Made by a program: the position numbers and the translations under genes. DNA of 64,000 nucleotides, taken from NCBI GenBank assembly GCA_964291285.2, contig OZ219786.1, forward strand, positions 608,001 to 672,000, given 5' to 3'. Positions within the stretch are counted from its first letter, which is position 1. The number at the start of each line of letters is the position of its first letter. Origin of the DNA: Alphaproteobacteria bacterium (GTDB taxonomy: Bacteria; Pseudomonadota; Alphaproteobacteria; Bin95). The notes under the pieces are model-generated. The model had not been told where the DNA came from. It saw only the letters and a program-made list of their open reading frames with translations, and ran no database searches. Positions 61,493 through 64,000 of this stretch are shown one piece after another.

Positions 61493-63989
61493 CCTCGCGC
61501 TCGCCTGGCGGCTGGCGCGGCGCGAAATGCGCGGCGGGCTCGCCGGCTTCCGCATCTTTCTCCTCTGCATCGCCATCGGCGTTGCGGCGATTGCGGCGGT
61601 CCACTCCGTCAGCATGGCGGTCCAGACCGGCATTGCCCGCGACGCGCGCGCGCTGCATGGCGGCGACCTTGCGGTCCGCACCACCTATGTGCCGGCGGAC
61701 GCCGCCGCCCGGGCCGATTTCGCCTCGCTCGGGCGCGTCTCGGAAGTGGTCGAGATGCGGGCCATGGCGCGCGCCGGCGGCGGCGCGGCCCTGGTCGAGC
61801 TCAAGGCGGTGGACGGTGCCTATCCGCTCGCGGGCGCTCTGCGCCTTTCCGGCGGCATGGCGCTGGCGGATGCGCTCGGCGACGGCGGCGCCGTCGCCGA
61901 GGCGACCCTGCTGGAGCGGCTGGGCGTCTCCGTCGGCGACCGGATCGAGGTGGGCGACGGGTCCTTCGCCATCCGCGCGACCCTCGAGCGCGAGCCGGAC
62001 CGCGCCGTCGGCCTCTTCTCCTTCGGGCCGCGCTTCATGCTCGACAGGGACGGGCTCCGGCGGACCGGCCTGGTGCAGCCCGGGAGCCTGATCCGCTACA
62101 AATACCGCATCGCGCTGGACGAGCCCGGCCGCACGATCGCGGAGCACCGCCGCCTTGCGGGCGAGTATGCCGACCGGGGCTGGCGGGTAACGGGCATCGG
62201 CTCGGCCGCCCCCGGCCTCAGGCAGACTATCCGGCGGCTCACGCTGTTCATGACGCTCGTCGGGCTCGCGGCGTCGATCATCGGCGGCATCGGCGTCGCC
62301 AATGCGGTGCGCGTGCATCTCGCCTCGCGCCGGCCGGCGATTGCGACGCTCGGCTGCCTCGGCGCGACGCCCCGGCTGATCGGCCTCACATTCGGCCTCC
62401 AGATCGCGGCGATGACAGTGCTGGCCATCGCCATCGGGCTCGCCCTGGGCGCGGCTGCGCCCTACCTGTTCGTCGGGCTGCTGGAGACCTATCTGCCCGT
62501 CGATCTGGCGCTCGGCGTTTATCCGGGGCCGCTTCTACTGGCGGCCGCTTTCGGGGCGCTTACGTCCGCCGTCTTCTCCCTGCCGCCGCTTGCCGCCGCC
62601 GCCCGGCGCCCGCCGGTTGCGCTCTTCCGCGATGTCGAGGCGGCGGGCGGCGAACGGGCCGGCCCTGCCGCGGTTCTGGCGTCCGCAACGCTGGCGGTAC
62701 TGCTCGCCGCGCTTGCGGTTGCGACGGCGCCGGACCGGGTGCTGGCGCTCTGGTTCGTCGCCGGTACGCTCGCGGCCTACGGCATCTTCTTCGCGGCGGC
62801 GACGGCAACCGTGCGGCTTGCGCGCCGCCTGAAGAGCGCCGGTCCGGGGGCGCTCCGCCGGGCGCTGGCGGCGCTCGCGCGGCCCGGCGGCGAGACCGGG
62901 GGCCTCCTGCTGTCGCTCGGTTTCGGCGTCACCGTGCTGGTCGCCGTCGCCTCGGTCGAGGAGGGGCTGTCCCGCCAGTTGAGCGAAGAGATCCCGGCCG
63001 ATGCGCCGACCCATTTCTTCATCGACATCCAGCCCGGCCAGGCGACGCGGTTCGACGCCGTCATAGCGGAGACGCCGGGCGCCGTGCTGGACCGGCGCAC
63101 GCCGCATCTGCGCGCCCGCATCGCCTCGATCGACGGCGTGCCGGCGGCGGAGGCGCAGGTGCCCGAGGACGCGCGCTGGGCGATCCGCGGCGAGCGCGGC
63201 CTCACCTGGTCGGCAAAACAGCCGGAGGGAACGGAGATCGTGGCGGGAAACTGGTGGCCGGCCGACTATCGGGGACCGCCGCTCGTCTCCTTCGACGCCA
63301 ATCTGGCCCATGCCTTCGGCCTCCGGCCGGGAGACCGGATCGGCTTCAACATCCTCGGACGCACCATCGAGGCGGAGGTCGCCAATCTGCGCCGCATCGC
63401 CTGGCGGACGCTCAGGATGCAGTTCACCACCATCTTCGCGCCGGGCGCGCTGGAGCGCGCGCCGCAGACCTATATCGCTACCGTCCGCACGCCGCCGGAG
63501 GCCGAAGCGGACCTGACCGCCGCCATGGCCACGGCGCTCCCCAATGTCTCGGCGATCCGGGTGAAGGACGCGCTCGCGCTGGTGACGGAGCTGGTGGCGC
63601 AGATGGGCGTCGCGATCCGCCTCGTCGCCGCGGTCGGGCTGGCGGCCGGTCTCGCGGTGCTGGCCGGCGCCATCGCTGCGGGACGCCGCCGCCGCCAGCG
63701 TGACGCGGTGGTCTTCAAGGTGCTGGGCGCGACCCGGGCCGACCTCGTGCGCAGCTACATGCTGGAGTTCGCCATGCTCGGGGGCGTGGCGGCGTTGCTC
63801 GGCTCGCTGCTCGGCCTCGCCGCCGGCTATGTGCTGCTGGAGAGGGTCATGGACATCGCCTGGACCGCGCCCGTCGTGACGGCGGCGGCGACGGCGCTGG
63901 CGGCGGTCGCGGTGACGGCGCTGTTCGGCTTCCTCGGCACATGGCGCCTGCTCGGCCAGCCCGCCGTCCCGGCGCTCAGGGAGCCCTAA
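61482..63989 (+). CDS. ABC transporter permease (YbbP / FtsX-like)
   Basis: RLARRE.RGG...F..F..CIA.GV.AI, VELKAVD..YPL.G, P..FFIDIQ, K.LGATR; two FtsX repeats. Confidence 0.9.
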   Translation: MRTDLALAWRLARREMRGGLAGFRIFLLCIAIGVAAIAAVHSVSMAVQTGIARDARALHGGDLAVRTTYVPADAAARADFASLGRVSEVVEMRAMARAGGGAALVELKAVDGAYPLAGALRLSGGMALADALGDGGAVAEATLLERLGVSVGDRIEVGDGSFAIRATLEREPDRAVGLFSFGPRFMLDRDGLRRTGLVQPGSLIRYKYRIALDEPGRTIAEHRRLAGEYADRGWRVTGIGSAAPGLRQTIRRLTLFMTLVGLAASIIGGIGVANAVRVHLASRRPAIATLGCLGATPRLIGLTFGLQIAAMTVLAIAIGLALGAAAPYLFVGLLETYLPVDLALGVYPGPLLLAAAFGALTSAVFSLPPLAAAARRPPVALFRDVEAAGGERAGPAAVLASATLAVLLAALAVATAPDRVLALWFVAGTLAAYGIFFAAATATVRLARRLKSAGPGALRRALAALARPGGETGGLLLSLGFGVTVLVAVASVEEGLSRQLSEEIPADAPTHFFIDIQPGQATRFDAVIAETPGAVLDRRTPHLRARIASIDGVPAAEAQVPEDARWAIRGERGLTWSAKQPEGTEIVAGNWWPADYRGPPLVSFDANLAHAFGLRPGDRIGFNILGRTIEAEVANLRRIAWRTLRMQFTTIFAPGALERAPQTYIATVRTPPEAEADLTAAMATALPNVSAIRVKDALALVTELVAQMGVAIRLVAAVGLAAGLAVLAGAIAAGRRRRQRDAVVFKVLGATRADLVRSYMLEFAMLGGVAALLGSLLGLAAGYVLLERVMDIAWTAPVVTAAATALAAVAVTALFGFLGTWRLLGQPAVPALREP

Positions 63990-64000
63990 CCCGACTTCCG
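63990..64000. mobile_element. Terminal 11 bp of a probable third IS1634 copy at the window end
   Basis: CCCGACTTCCG equals the first 11 nt of the IR and is preceded by CTAA (YTAR). Confidence 0.7.

Overview
High-GC alphaproteobacterial chromosomal segment, judged from the xseB-ispA-dxs-tlyA, rluD-rpoH and rplU-rpmA-obgE-proBA-nadD-rsfS-rlmH-ctpA-rppH gene orders. Housekeeping and catabolic genes flank a decaying accessory island (about 29.1-47.4 kb) that runs from a truncated M20 peptidase to the 3' end of tRNA-Ser(CGA). The island holds two tandem intact tyrosine recombinases plus a fragment of a third, an IS1634-family element, and a broken NHLP/NHLM bacteriocin-export ABC pair. It also holds an RND pump whose adaptor has an in-frame amber stop, and remnants of a DNA methyltransferase, IS66 and an AIPR gene. 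Most notable: (1) a 132-bp non-coding structured element in two near-identical copies (39300-39431 and 57495-57626), each inserted at CG^TAA^G with a TAA duplication, in the same orientation relative to the interrupted gene, with terminal arms that pair better on the mRNA strand through G-U wobbles; (2) an in-frame NadD-RsfS fusion; (3) two full IS1634 copies and the start of a probable third, all at YTAR sites immediately after stop codons. All calls come from reading motifs by eye; no searches were run.
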